A DNA stretch of 64,000 nt from Paraspadella gotoi (GCA_051294375.1 CM119265.1:19581642-19645641); one strand, 5' to 3'. Shown: positions 49,656-63,161, numbered from the stretch's first letter. Translations and numbers: made by a program. Notes: a model not told the origin generated them from the sequence alone.

Positions 49656-52600
49656 CCTTCCCTTTCCTGCAAAAGAGACATCCATTTCTATTTCCGTCTC
49701 ACTGCGTCGCCTCGTTGTAAATTGTCTGTCCGACTTTTATGCGACGTCGCGTCTTCTTATATATATATAAGTATGTAATTAGTATCATAAATATTTACAA
49801 GACATACATAACATTAGTTAAAGGAACGCTCCCCTTTTTTTCTCTCGCGCCATTTTTCCCTGCGACAATTCTATACATATATAAAAACACGCTTTCGGAC
49901 GCTTATTAAATTCTTAGATTCTCGCGGATCATAACCACTCTTCATTATTTCCGAACATCGAACGCGCGGAAGATGTACATGGCGTTCTCCGTCCCAGGTT
50001 CACGATCGTCGTTGTCGTTGTTGTCGTTTTGTCGTTGTCGTTAAATTTTTTTTTATGAAAAGCGGATTAAACGACGCCGGTCGGAGACGTCTACCGACGC
50101 CGGTGACGGCCCAAAACGACGCCGTGCTCGACGAAAGTCCACGCCCATTTTTTTTTAGAACGACGCCGCTCCGACAAGCGACCGCCGGGCGGAATCGACG
50201 TTAAAAGTGAAGATAATGAGGAGGAATGTAGACACCGACTGTCGCCTTTCGACGTCGTGTCATTGTCGTCGTCGTTTTCGTCACTGTTATCGTCTTCACT
50301 GCGGTTTGTTGTGGCCGGATTAGTGAAAAAAAATCGCCGTTCAAATTTGTCAAAGAAACGCTACTTTTTTTCGATTTGTGCTATTATATAGTACTATATG
50401 ATTTTATCATATATATACAACAGTAAAAATATTAATCAGGTCAAATTTATCAGTTAAAAATTCAGAATTTTTCAGTGATGTCCACTTTCAGCCAATCATT
50501 CAGCTTTTTCGTTTTGTTATATATTTATCATTGCAGTATAAAAATACAGCCTATAAACATCAAGAACATCTCGAAATCTGTAATGTATATCTTGTGTAAA
50601 GTAGATGAGACATAGCAATGGCGCTTCCAATTACAGCCCCCATCAACATCAGTCTCGACCGTGAGCTTAATCCTCCTCCGCCGCCCCGACGCCCCGCCTC
50701 GGCCGCAGAGCGCAGCCTCCGAAGAGCGAAACCGAGAAGCGACACCTGGTTGTCTGAATCGACATCTGTTTTTCCGCCGCTTGCTCATTCGCTGAGACTT
50801 ATGTTTATTTGTCCGGACGTCGAGGGTCGTCGTTGGCCGAAGGAGGAGGAGGAGGAGGAGGAAGAGGAGTGAGAGAAGGAGGAGGATGAGACGACATGGA
50901 AAATTGCGAAAAGCTATTTGCTGTTTGATAGAATATCTGCAAAAAAAAAAATATGTTTTTTCTTGGAGAATGAGTAAATGAAAGTAATGGAATGATAAAA
51001 AAATATATAAAAAAAACGAAATTGTTGCCAATACTTTTTTTTTTACGTATCTTAACTGGTTTAAATAAACTGAATGTATTATAAAATCGTGAACAACTGT
51101 GACCAAATTTTTATGAATTTGCTACTTACAAAAGCGACTTAATTTTTATAAAAAAATACGTTAACATTGAATAATTAGTATTCTCGCGTGTTTATCACAG
51201 TAACTTAACGAATAAGCCGGCGACAAAACCATCAGGTGCCACTTTTCCTATCTTTGAAAAAAAAGAGAACCCTTCGTTCGCACGTCTCGGAATTCACAGA
51301 GAGATAACCACGCATCTGGCGTTAAGCGAGATACTCAGTTTTCACGAGTGGGCGTGCCGTCCACGTATGTATATGCCCGTTTCCCCTACCTACTGTCATA
51401 AGTCAAATTTCGAATGGCAATTGTAAAATAATACGGACTCACTTCTCGTTCACTGTTTTTTTTTTAATAATTGGGATATATAAAGCATGCCATCTAGATT
51501 TTTCCTTCCCAATTAATTTAGCTTAGGCAGTGATTTCTATCGAGGAAATTTAGCAAAAAAACCAACTTTTTTCAATATTGTTAGAATATATACCAACAAA
51601 AATGATTTAAATTTTAACTATAATACAAAGTTGGCTAGACTAACGGTTAATTGAAATCATCTGCTAGCCAATTTTCTAATCAAGAATCAATATCATTTTT
51701 GCCTACTTTTAATAAAGAAAATATGTCCATTTTTGTCCATTTTGACTTTTTGGCTTGAGATTTGGAACGCCAAGATCATGAGAAAAATTTTTTTACTACC
51801 GGTTTCGGGTCCTTCTTATCTTCTTTTAAACTCTGAGTTGGTTCATTTTCATAGTCCCATATATTGTTTGCCCATGAATTAATTTTTAAATTGAACTAGT
51901 CAAAACTTACTTTTTACATTTTATTACAATTTGTTAAACAAATACTTCAAAATGTCGCACAATTCTAATCAAAATATTCCTAATTGGTTGGTGCTTCTGG
52001 TACTTTTAAAAATTAGGGCGAAATATTTAATCTTTAGCTGCAAAAAAATTTTTAAAGTCAACTTTTAATTTGTGCAGGATTTTGTGAGGAGCGTTTTATT
52101 TGAACTAAACTCGGTTTTTTCGCTTATTTTATTATAGTTTTAATAGATGAGAAACATACTAGAGTTGGACGAATTAAAAAAAACCGCTTCTTTTATTGAA
52201 AGGGAAAAAGCGTCAGCAATTAATTTCTCGTCAATCGACAGCCTCTTTTGCGGAAAAAATTTCCGCAAAAATTCTGTCGATTTTTGTTAAATGTGGTTAG
52301 CGCAACCAAACCTTCGAATAAAATCAATACGCTACCGAAGATTCCTCGTATTATGAGAAAAATGTTTCGTCGAGATCTAAAAGGCCAAAAATAACTATTA
52401 AGGACGGTCCTTTAGAAAGCGGAGCGCGGACATTGTTACAGCCTGAATCCGATCTATTGGATAAAAGGGCACAGTCGACCCACATAACAATCCAAACTGC
52501 GGAACTAACAAGTGAGCTAATGATATCTTTTTTTTTATCTTCACGGTTAAAAGGCTGAAATTCTTAGTGTGATGCTATTAACTATTACTATTAACATAAC

Positions 52601-53770
52601 TTGCTAAATATCACCCAGATACTCATTATTGAGGCTGTAAAAACTAACAATTTTAAAATTATGATCGAAAGAGCGAGGGAAATAATCTTTTAGTTATGAG
52701 TATTTTTGATATGTCGGAATTATATGTATCAACTATCAAGGATCCGGTAGACACATCAATCATTAAACTGCGGAGCTAATCGTTATTGGGTTTTGGAAAT
52801 AAAAAGAGGTCTCCGGATCCATCCAAGGCAAAAATCATTTGACCAAAAATGGCCGCCGTCAATACTCCTCTTTAGGTGCGGCGCGAGTACTCGCGGAGCT
52901 CCTTTCTTTTTAAAAATAAGTATTTTTAGTCATGACAAAAGATAAAATTTTACCTATCTAAATAAAGTTGATAGTAATAAAAAATATATAAATATATTAT
53001 ATAGAATAATATTATATATGTATAATATTTTTCGGTCGGATCGTGTTCACCAACTTACGTTAAAAAAATGCACAAATAATTTCCCTGTACGTCGTTTGAG
53101 TTGCATCATTTTGTTAACACAGAAAAAACCTCAAATCTAAGAGTAAAAAGTAAATAATGAAAATGGAGTAGAATAAAGTGAATAAATGTTTTCATACTAC
53201 TAGCACTGTCGTTTTTTTGCCTAAGCAGTAACTATATCTAAAATAGTGACGATTCTTACGAGCAATTTAATCTCTTAAAGTTTGGTCTTAGCCATGAAAA
53301 TCGTTTTTTAGTTTCTTCTTTATTAAGGATGATACCGTATTTGGAATGATCGTCGTAAAAAGAACACATGTCCTTACCGTATTTTGAAGCATAGAAATTC
53401 CACCCAGTGACTTCTATGTTGATAAAGAGAAGATAACTATAACCAACCGTCTTTTTAATAAAGGGTGTTTCAATATTTATCAGTGGGAAAAAAAGAAATA
53501 ATAGTTAGTAAAGTTCAAATTCCATTGTTGAAAATACCCAAATAGAAATGCAATGCCCTTAACGATTATTGTTATTATCTTTTGTTTTATTTTCTCTTTT
53601 TCTTCGCTCTTAATTTATAAGCTATTTCCTCAGACACGCATTATATTCCATCAAAACTTTTTCTTCTACGGTCTTTTGTTTAGTTTCTTTATCTTCATCA
53701 TGTCTGGCATATAAGCTATACTCCGCCCTCATCAGTTAAAACTTTTATGCATCTCTCTCCTCTCTTTCTT
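48564..53770 (+). repeat. Duplicated block C, copy 2, carrying the transposon insertion
   Basis: Matches 45461-48350 up to atttagctta (51525), then resumes at ttaac(g)attattgttattatct (53559). Confidence 0.95.
51526..53558. mobile_element. ~2.0-kb TTAA-target DNA transposon (Kolobok-like, apparently non-autonomous)
   Basis: Left end tta|GGCAGTGATTTCTAT; right end ATAGAAATGCAATGCCC|TTAA (reverse complement GGGCATTGCATTTCTAT). The homologous site in copy 1 is a single TTAA. Confidence 0.85.
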
Positions 53771-53894
53771 CTCTCTCTCTCTTCTTCATCTGCATGTTCC
53801 CGATCTCCCAACTCTCTCTCTCTCTCTCTCTCCTCCTCTCTCTCTCTCTCTCNNNNNNNNNNNNNNNNNNNNNNNNNTCTCTCATCTCCTCTCT

Positions 53895-53934
<40 letters not shown>

Positions 53935-53947
<13 letters not shown>

Positions 53948-54336
53948 CGTCATCGGGTCTTCGCCCGTCACGTTTCCTTTCGTCCGCCCCGCAATTCGGG
54001 CGCGTTGCGAGGCGCCATCTTTCCGAATTTTTTTATCGGAAAAGACGCGTGGGGGATTTTAGGATAATCGCGCATTTATGATTTCTTGTTTCCGTTATAC
54101 TTTTCATAGTTTAGTTTTTATTGAAATCCATCGATGGAAGACGCCGAAAAGTGAAGATGTGCAACCAACAATCTCGACTAAGAATACGATCACAACAACA
54201 AAAAACGAAGACTGGGCCGGGACGAAATTAAGACGAAGTCGTAAATTTTTCTGTGAGTTTATGGGTTTCGGATTTGGGAGGCAGAAAAAAGGGGGAAGGG
54301 GTCCGTTGATTTTGGTCAAAACAACACTTAGTAGAA

Positions 54337-54381
<45 letters not shown>

Positions 54382-54397
54382 AGAGAGAGAGAGAGAG

Positions 54398-54431
<34 letters not shown>

Positions 54432-54899
54432 ATGAGAGGACATATTGGCTGTATTCATAAACCAATCGCGTGATATGGAGCTTTGTCAAGTATGACGCCG
54501 TCCAATAAGGCGCAGTTTGAACTTGCTATAAGGGGACAGTTTCACTGCGACCTCTTTCTGTTCACGAAAACTGTTTTTTTTTCCCTCAGTTTTGGGGAAT
54601 CCCCACCACTATTTTTTACGGGGATTACTGTTTGAAGCCTTCTGCCTTATCCACGGCGGGGAATCCCCGCCACTATTTTTGAATGGGATTGACGTTTTAA
54701 AGCCCTATCCCCGCCCTGAATATCATCATGGGCAGTCCTTCTTATAAAAATATTTTAAACTGAAAACATAAGAACCTTAACAATCCTAATTTAAAAAAAT
54801 AAATAATTTATTTGCATTTAGATTCATTCCTAAATCCTCTATTTTATATTCTCTCTCTCTCTCGGTCTACCTCTCTCTTTTTATTTTTCTATTCTGTCA

Positions 54900-54938
<39 letters not shown>

Positions 54939-55210
54939 AATCTGTATTCTCTCTTTTTCTCACTCTATTTCTTTTTTTTTCTATTTTTATCTCTATCTCT
55001 CTCTCTTTTCTCACTTTATTTCTTTTTTTTTCTATTTTATCTCTCTCTCACTTTCTCACTTTGTCTCTCTTTCTACCTCTCTCTCTATTTTATTTTTCAT
55101 ATATCTCTCTCTCTCTGTTCTCTGTCTCTCTTTCTCTCTGTCTCTCTCTTCTATCTCTCTCTCTCTTTTCTCCTCTTTGTATCTCTATCTCTTTTTCAAT
55201 CTATTTCTTT
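53935..55210 (+). repeat. Duplicated block D, copy 1 (copy 2 at 62715-64000)
   Basis: Collinear from ctcgtctccgtcatcgggtcttcg to ttttcaatctatttcttt. Confidence 0.95.
54594..54705. repeat. Two diverged 64-bp tandem units, each starting with palindromic GGGGAATCCCC
   Basis: GGGGAATCCCC at 54594 and 54658, each followed by ccactattttt...gggatt...aagcc. Also present in block D copy 2 (~63380-63490). Confidence 0.75.
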
Positions 55211-56247
55211 TTTTTCCTATTTTTTATCTCTCTCTCACTTTCTTTCTCTCTTTTGTCTACCTCTCTCTCTTTCTTTTTTATATTTTCATATATATATATA
55301 GTAATATAATATATATATATCTCTCTGTCTGTCTCTCTTTCTCATGGGTATTGGAGCCGTAGTGAAGTTACATGCAAAAATTTATAAATGTCACTTATGA
55401 ACAACATACTATCAGTGAACATTAATTTGTGAAAAAAAATCATTTTATGCTCTTCAATTTTCGCAGTAGGCTATATTTATATATAGTACTATCCTTATAA
55501 AACCAAGAAATTTTCAAAATAGGCTTTTCAACTTAAACCCATTTTCACTCGCACAATTCTATTGAAACTTCATATCCAGCTCAATCACACACAAAGAAAC
55601 GTTTGAGAGAGAGAGATAGAGAGAGAGAGAGAGTGGGCCATTTCTCGTCCCGTCATAATTGGGGCGGGGACTTGCCGGGAATGATCCCCAGTGAAGACCG
55701 CCGCAGGGCGTAGTTGCGGTGAACTTATAGTTTCTTTCCCGAAACTGCGCGAAGTTTAACAGTTTAAACTGCGAGGATATGGCCCGCGTAATATCTCAGC
55801 TTTGTTTCTGTCTTCCGAGCCTTTAACTCTTTAACTCGCATATTACTCAACCTCACAAAACAATCTAAATTCACGTTTCTTTGACCTCAACTTTTTTCTC
55901 CGTTCACCTCCTCAAATTACAATCACGCCCCTTCACTTCCTTTTCCTCCTTCTCTCCAACTTCTTCAAAAATTTCCCACCTCCGCATCGCCACCTGCTAG
56001 CGACACCTGCCAGCGACACCTGTCTTGAATTAGCCTTTGACGTCCGGCGACATTGAGCGACATCTCCACCTCCGGGCGCTGCTATTTCCAGGCACCAAGT
56101 CTTCGCCCCCCTACTGCCTCACTCCAATCGCTGCCGTGATAAATTTCCCCGCCCGGCACCGTGATACTCTTGCCCGCTCTTCGATGCGTTTCCCCTGTCC
56201 CTTCGCCACCCTTAAAACTTTGCATCATCACATCCCCAATTCTCTCT

Positions 56248-56331
<84 letters not shown>

Positions 56332-56585
56332 CACTCTACACACTTAACCGGTCCTTCACTCCTGCTTTCACGGCACCAGCGTCAACACCGCCATATTCTG
56401 TGACGCCTCCACTCCGCCACGCGAATCTCGACGCAATAATCAGAACGCGAGACGAGAGGAGGACGATTTTCCGGTGGCCGTTGACGCCGTCATCTGGTTG
56501 GCTCCATCGGCTAAGACGGACTGGCGACGGATGAATAGGTCCGGGTTCGTTACTAACAGAAACAATGAACTACAATTTTAAACTA

Positions 56586-56748
56586 ATATTGGTGATTAAC
56601 ATCGTTTTATGAGGAAAACGCATATTTTTTTTATTGAGCACTTGAGCACTTCGCAAATGAATTTATGGTGAAGTGATGTTAACCGAAAATATTGCTCAAA
56701 TAAAAATAATATGCGTTTTCCTCATAAACCGATGTTAATCACCAATAT
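56586..56748. mobile_element. MITE, ~163 bp, long TIRs, TA-flanked (Tc1/mariner-type target)
   Basis: TA|ATATTGGTGATTAACATCGTTTTATGAGGAAAACGCATATT ... AATATGCGTTTTCCTCATAAACCGATGTTAATCACCAATAT|TA: 41-bp TIR with 1 mismatch, extending imperfectly to ~55 bp. Confidence 0.85.
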
Positions 56749-59245
56749 TATGTACTCATTACCGCATATACGATGACTCTCAAGCAATTTTTAAACTAGG
56801 AATGAGATTGAAAAGCGCAATGATTGTAACCGGGGCGAAAAATACAAGAACCACAAGTCAAAATACAACAACAACAACAACACAATAACCACCGGGTCTC
56901 AAAGGCCATTGACGACGGCAAAGACGACAACGACAACGACCCTCTGCGACAACCAGAAAAATCACAAAGGCGACGGAATTTCCTCTCTTCTCTTTCCAAA
57001 TCCCAACGGTCGAGACGTCGCATCCAATTCCGGATTTTCCCCTTCTGATTTTTCCGGCTTCTGTCAGTCGCCGACATCCTTCCGCCGGAAACGTGACCAG
57101 CCTTTCGCGGGGAACGATGTGTGACGCTTAGCGCGCCGTCGATCTTCGTTAGCGCGGGCGGCGTCGCGTCGCGCGCCCGCAATCTGGGACGTTGCATTGC
57201 ACAGAGTCCGTTTCTCCGCAGTCGTCATTGCCGAACGAGCGCTGGGCCCGAGCGAGAAGACAAATTCGTTTCGCCGCTTTTCTAGACCGAAATGACATTC
57301 AGATACTAAAATATGCGAGAGATAGCCGGAGCCAATTCTCCGACGCCATCGTTCCTTTTCCTTCGACTTTTTTGAATAATTACTCGACCCAAATATGCAA
57401 GATGAGAATTAAACGACTTTGGGGAAACCGTGAGGGTCTCGGAAAGCAATGAACCTCGTTCGCTGTCGTTCGTTAACGAATTTGCTTGGACGTCTTCGGC
57501 GACGACGGTGACAAAGACACGACGAGTATCAACGACGTCAACTTGACGATGGAAAAAGGAAATGGAAAAAAAAAGGATGACGACCTCAAAGACGTTGAAA
57601 AAAGAACAAACGGCGAAATGAAAGACGAAGAACAACAACGACGACAGACAATCAGCAACCGACGACGACGACGACGACGACGATTCGACCGAATTTCTTC
57701 GCGGAATCCAGACTCGAATCTGAGGAAGGAATTGATACGAGGGGAATGAGAAGATCTAAAAAATAGAACGGAGCTGAGATTTTCGTTTCTGGTCGAAGCG
57801 AAGAAAGGAGAGACCTCGTCGAGGGAAAAAGATTTTTTTTTCTTTGGAGGAAAGAGAGAGAGAGAGAGAGTGAGAGAGAAGAAGAGGAGAGAGAGGAGCG
57901 AATTGGAAGCGTGGGAGAGGAGCGGGCAGTTGGATGCGATAGAAAGAAGGGGGCAGTTTTGAAAGCGGAAGGAGAGGAACGGAAGTTGGAAGCGGAAGGA
58001 GAGAGTTTTGAATAAAATAGAAAAGTCCTAGGATAGAAGCAGTTGACTCTTTCATCACAGCGAATACAACTGTACAACACATATGAACGATTCCATATTA
58101 TTTCGATTAAACATTTGAATGTCGCAATCCTTAAACCAGAGGGTTTTATATTATTACTGTGGCATTCCTGAGATAGCCACAACGTTAACCAGGTCACATG
58201 ACAACAGCCGGGTCAACAAGACTAAGATGTTGAATGAAGGATATTTTCCAGAGTGGGCGACATTGGCAGGAAAAGGGGATCCGAGATTCGAATTGTATTT
58301 AATCAATTGATTGGTTTATATTGAGAGAATAATTCATTGAGTTTTTGCCAGAGTTAATGGTATTGCTACAATTATGTTATCGAGTAATAAAAATGAGTAA
58401 TGATCATAGTGTATGTTAAGAGGAAAAACCAGACTGATCAATCTCAGTCAAACAATCAATAAGTAAACAGTCAGTTGAATTTGAATACACAAAGGTTTTG
58501 GATAGATGAGTCCATTTCAGTGGAACAGAGAAACAAAAGATTTCACAGGTTTCAGTTAGATTCAAGTGCGCACATTACCTTTTCATTTACATATAGTTCA
58601 ACAGGCCGATCAACATGCAACAGCATAAGACCTTAACAATCAACGGGCAACAAAGTTACCGACAAATTTGAGCGCAGCCAACTCTGTAACAAGGCGCGAA
58701 CACACGAATGAGGCGGAGTAAAAGTCCGGATGTAAATAGAACCTCAATAATTAAAGAGGGGCAAGTAGTAAACCACCGGATATGCCAAGGGGCAGAAGCG
58801 AACCCGTATGGTAAAAGGGGGTCCATCCCTTGGCGGGCGAAAAACATCGTCTTCGTAATCAAGTCGCAACGATTCTTCGCTCCTTTCGGTCCGAGAGGGA
58901 AGAAGAGAAAGAAAAAAAAAATTGCCATAATTTTTTCCCTCGCTTCTTTTCCTTTTTCTTTTTCTATCTCTTCTTTTTTTTCATTTCTCGTTTTATTTTT
59001 CCTCACTACTTTCTACTTCCTCTTCTACTTCTTTCATATATATAGTATTTTGATTTCTAGTCTTTGCCAATTTTTACTTTAATTTTTTAATTTTCTATTT
59101 CTATCATCAAAATGAATCGAAACCCGGAACAGAGGAAATTTTGTTACCTCGATTGAAATTTTTCCTTACTTCTTTCGATTTCTTCTCCTTCGTTCACAAA
59201 ACAAACCCAATAATCCGTTCTTTCCACTCATGTCTCTCTCTTCTC

Positions 59246-59289
<44 letters not shown>

Positions 59290-59512
59290 CTCTCCTCTCT
59301 GTCTCTTCTCTCTCTCGTCTCTCTTCTCTCTTCTCTCTCTCTCTCAAAATCCTTTTTGCCCTAACCTTTCTCTTTCTCTCGCTCTCTGTCTAACTCGATC
59401 TCTTCTCCCTCGCTCCTTTTTCCTTTCCTTCTCTTCCTTCACTCTCTCCCGTAAATTAATCACCCTTTATAAAACATTCAAGCTCTCTCTCTCTCTCTCT
59501 TCTTCTCTCTCG

Positions 59513-59546
<34 letters not shown>

Positions 59547-59685
59547 TCTAGCCATTCATCAACGCGAAAGCGCTTGCTTCTCTCCGCTATCGTTGGACTC
59601 TGTGGTTCACCACCTCTTATAACTCACGTGGTCTCCACATTAAGCATAACTAACCGGTGCAATGAGCCATTGAGCAATTCTGTTT

Positions 59686-60353
59686 ATGAAATTGGTACAA
59701 CCAATATAAAAAGTATCCATTCATTTAATAAATAACTATCTTGGCCCCTGACTTTGGACAGGCTTTGGTGGTTTAAGGCCTCCATCACTCTTACAAGATA
59801 ATGACATAGCAGGTCCCTGCAAGCTTTCAATCAAAGACTCTCTCACAGTCTCGTTATTCACTCTCTCAGAGGTACCTGCTTCGCTAATCAATGAAGTGGT
59901 ATATATTTCAAAGAAATGATTCAATTGTATGAAAAGACCACTCCCTTAAGTATTAGATCGGGGAATCTTATTGTTCCGCACTAGCATCAAAATACAAGGA
60001 AGCTGAATTTTATGAAATGGTACAACCAATTAAAAATTATCATCATTAATAAATAGCTATCTTGCCCTGACTTTGGACAGGCTTTGGTTGGTTTAAGGCC
60101 TCCCATCCCACTTCTACAAAATTATTGAACATAGCCCCAGGTCCCCCCTTGCCAAGCTTTCAATCACAGACTCTGCTCACAGTTCGTTTATTCACTCCCA
60201 GAGTACCTGGTTCCTATCAATGAAGTGGTATAATATTTAAAGAATGTTTCAATTGTATGAAAAAACCACTCCCTAGTATTAATCGGGGAATACTTATTGT
60301 ACTCACGCACTAAGCATCAAAATACAAGGAGCTGAATTTATGAAATTGGTACA
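59686..60353 (+). repeat. ~326-bp tandem repeat (two units plus a stub), same family as 6387-6618
   Basis: atgaaat(t)ggtaca starts at 59686, 60012 and 60340. Confidence 0.9.
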
Positions 60354-61119
60354 TTGGTGATATTCGCGCCGGTCGTTTACTTCGTGTAAATTTCTCTCGC
60401 TTAAAAATAAAAACAAATAACGTTGTAAGTTAACAAAATAAAATTTTCCGCTTAATTATAACAAGAAAAATTAAATAAATTGTTAGTAAATTGTAATACA
60501 ACTGATCCAAAGCTTGAGCGACTTACCTCAAAGTCGTGAATCCTAATATATATTGTTTTCAAATATGACACTAGAAAAGGTATCTCTCTCTTCTCTCTCG
60601 TCTCGTCTCTCTCCTCTCTCTCTCTCTCTCTCCCTCTCTCTCTCTCTCTTCCTCCCTCTCTCTCTGCTCTCTCTCTCTCTCTTCTCCTCTCTCTCTCTTC
60701 TCTCTCTCTCTCTCTCTCTCTCACGTTCCACAACCCCCCCCAAAAAAAAAAAACAAAAGCGAGAAAACGGAGAACTTTATGTCGTCCATGCTTCTCGGTG
60801 GTCCTCGTTGTCATGACGCCACTCGAACCTCGTTGCTTATTTGTTTTGTTTCCCTGTCTTTTCGCGATAGCATGTCGCAAACCAAGCGCTCGCTGTAGCT
60901 GTTTTAAGATGGCGTCGCAAAGTCCGAACTGAGTTCTTTTCTCACATCACTGTGACTTGTTTTGCTTTTTGAAGCTGGGAACATTGCGATTTGAAGAAAA
61001 AAAACCATAGGCTGCCACAATCGGGTAAAATTTGAGTGGAGGCATCATGTAATGGTTTTTATATTTCACGCGCCCAACCAATTTCTCCATACCTTAACGC
61101 TCTTTCTCCGTCTCTCTCT

Positions 61120-61186
<67 letters not shown>

Positions 61187-61361
61187 TTTCCCCCTCATTT
61201 CGCTTTTCGTGATGGAGAATAAATTAAACCGTAAAAGGGACAGAAAATCTCTGCTTCCGTGAAAAACGACGTCATTAATTGAGTAAATAATTCGGAGGCC
61301 GGGATCAGAGAGACAGGGACGGGAAAAGAGAGGAAATGGATCCTCGAAAACGGAGGAAAAG

Positions 61362-61940
61362 AAAAAGCGGAATCGAACGGAGGAAAACAGAAAAGCGGAG
61401 ATCGAATGGAGGAAAAGAAAAAGTGGAGATCGAACGGAGGAAAGAAAAGAAAAGCGGAGATCGAATGAGGAAAAAGAAAAGCGGAGATCGAACGAGGAAA
61501 AAGAAAGCGGAGATCGAACGGAGGAAAAAAAAAGCGGAGATCGAACGGAGGAAAAGAAATGAAAACTGAGATCAATGGAGGAAATAAGAAAATGGAGATG
61601 AATGAGGGAAAAATAAATGAAAAGCGGTAGATCGAATGAAGAAAAAAAAGGAAAAAAGCGGAATCAAATGGAAGAAAAAAGAAAAGCGGAGATCAAAACG
61701 GAGGAAAAAGAAAAGAAAAGCGGAGATCGAATAGAGAAAAGAAAAGAAAAGTGGAGATCGAATAGAGGATAAAAAATGAAAAGAGAAGATTCAAACAAGG
61801 AAAAGAAAAAAGAAAAGCGGACATCAAAATGGAGGAAAAAGAAAAGAGGAGATCAAACTGAGGAAAAGAAAAGAAATGCGAGATCGAATGGAGGATATAA
61901 GAAAAGAAAAGAAAGATCGAACGAGGAAAAGAAAAATGAG
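61362..61940 (+). repeat. Purine-rich minisatellite, ~25-33-nt unit AAAAGCGGAGATCGAACGGAGGAAAAG, about 20 copies
   Basis: GCGGAGATCGAA core repeated with variable A-tract linkers, decaying toward the right. Confidence 0.9.
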
Positions 61941-62714
61941 ATAATCGATAAAAAATTTTTTAAATAATTTCTAGATTCTCAAATAAAAAAAAACCAAGAT
62001 TTTTAATATTCAAAATATTGCGCCAATTTTTCTAACACAAAACGATATAGAAAAAAAACTAAATTAAAATCTAAATGATAACCTCTTTCCTAATGCGCAG
62101 TTATTCAAAGCCCTTTGGAGAATAATAAAGACCCTTAAGTTCATAATGCTCTGAAAAGTGTGAATTATTGATTCTAGTTCCGCTCGGAACAGTTTTTAAA
62201 TATGTAGAAGACGAAATGTGAAATTTAAAGGATGTATCCGGCGCGATCCTTTCGCAGTCATATTCTCTGACATCGACGTCGTCATAACAAAAACTCATTA
62301 TTTTTCACGCACGTGTTTTTGGGAAATCTAGTGTCTCAATTAGGTTTCAACGTCATCGTCCTAGTTTTTGATGGTTACCTCCATAAAAGTTCTTCGCGTT
62401 CAGTTTTTCGGCAATTTTCGGCAACAATGGCGTGTTTTTGACAATTTTGACTCCCTTCTCGTAGTAATATTGCACGAAATACACTATTAATGAAGAGTAA
62501 CTTTTTAAAAGTTTTTTTCGTGCGGAGGCGTTCCCTTAATTCTCTTTTTCTTCGCATCTCGTCTGCTTTTCTTTCCTTCCTTATTTACGTATCTTCTCCT
62601 CTTTTCCTTTTCTTTTCCCTTTTCTTTCTCCTTTCTTTCATTTTTCTTTTTCCCGTTTCCTTTCTCGCATTTATTTTTTCCCCTTTATTTTCATCTTTTC
62701 TTTTCCTTCCCTTT

Positions 62715-63129
62715 TCTCTCGTCTCCGTCATCGGGTCTTCGCCCGTCACGTTTCCTTTCGTCCGCCCCCGCAATTTCGGGCGGCGTTTGCGAGGCGCCAT
62801 CTTTCCGAATTTTTTTTATCGGAAAAGACGCGTGGGGATTTTAGGATAATTCGCCGGAAATTTTATTTCTTGTTTCCGTTTATCTTTTCATAGTTTAGTT
62901 TTTTATTGAAATCCAATCGATGGAAGACGCCGAAAAGTGAAGATGTGCAACCAACAAATCCGAAACTAAGAATACGATCACAACAACAACAACAACGAAG
63001 ACTGGGCCGGGACGAAATTAAGACGAAGTCGTAAATTTTTCTGTGAGTTTATGGGTTTCGGATTTGGGAGGGCGAAAAAAGAGAGGGGTCCGTTGATTTT
63101 GGTCAAAACAAACACTTAGTAGAAAAGGA

Positions 63130-63161
<32 letters not shown>

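Noticed and set aside
58060-58850. High-complexity stretch possibly from a retroelement
   Set aside because: No RT, endonuclease or integrase motif is readable, and the texture resembles the noisy segments.
61362-61940. CRISPR-like array
   Set aside because: Eukaryotic context, short non-unique A-rich linkers, variable repeats and no cas genes.
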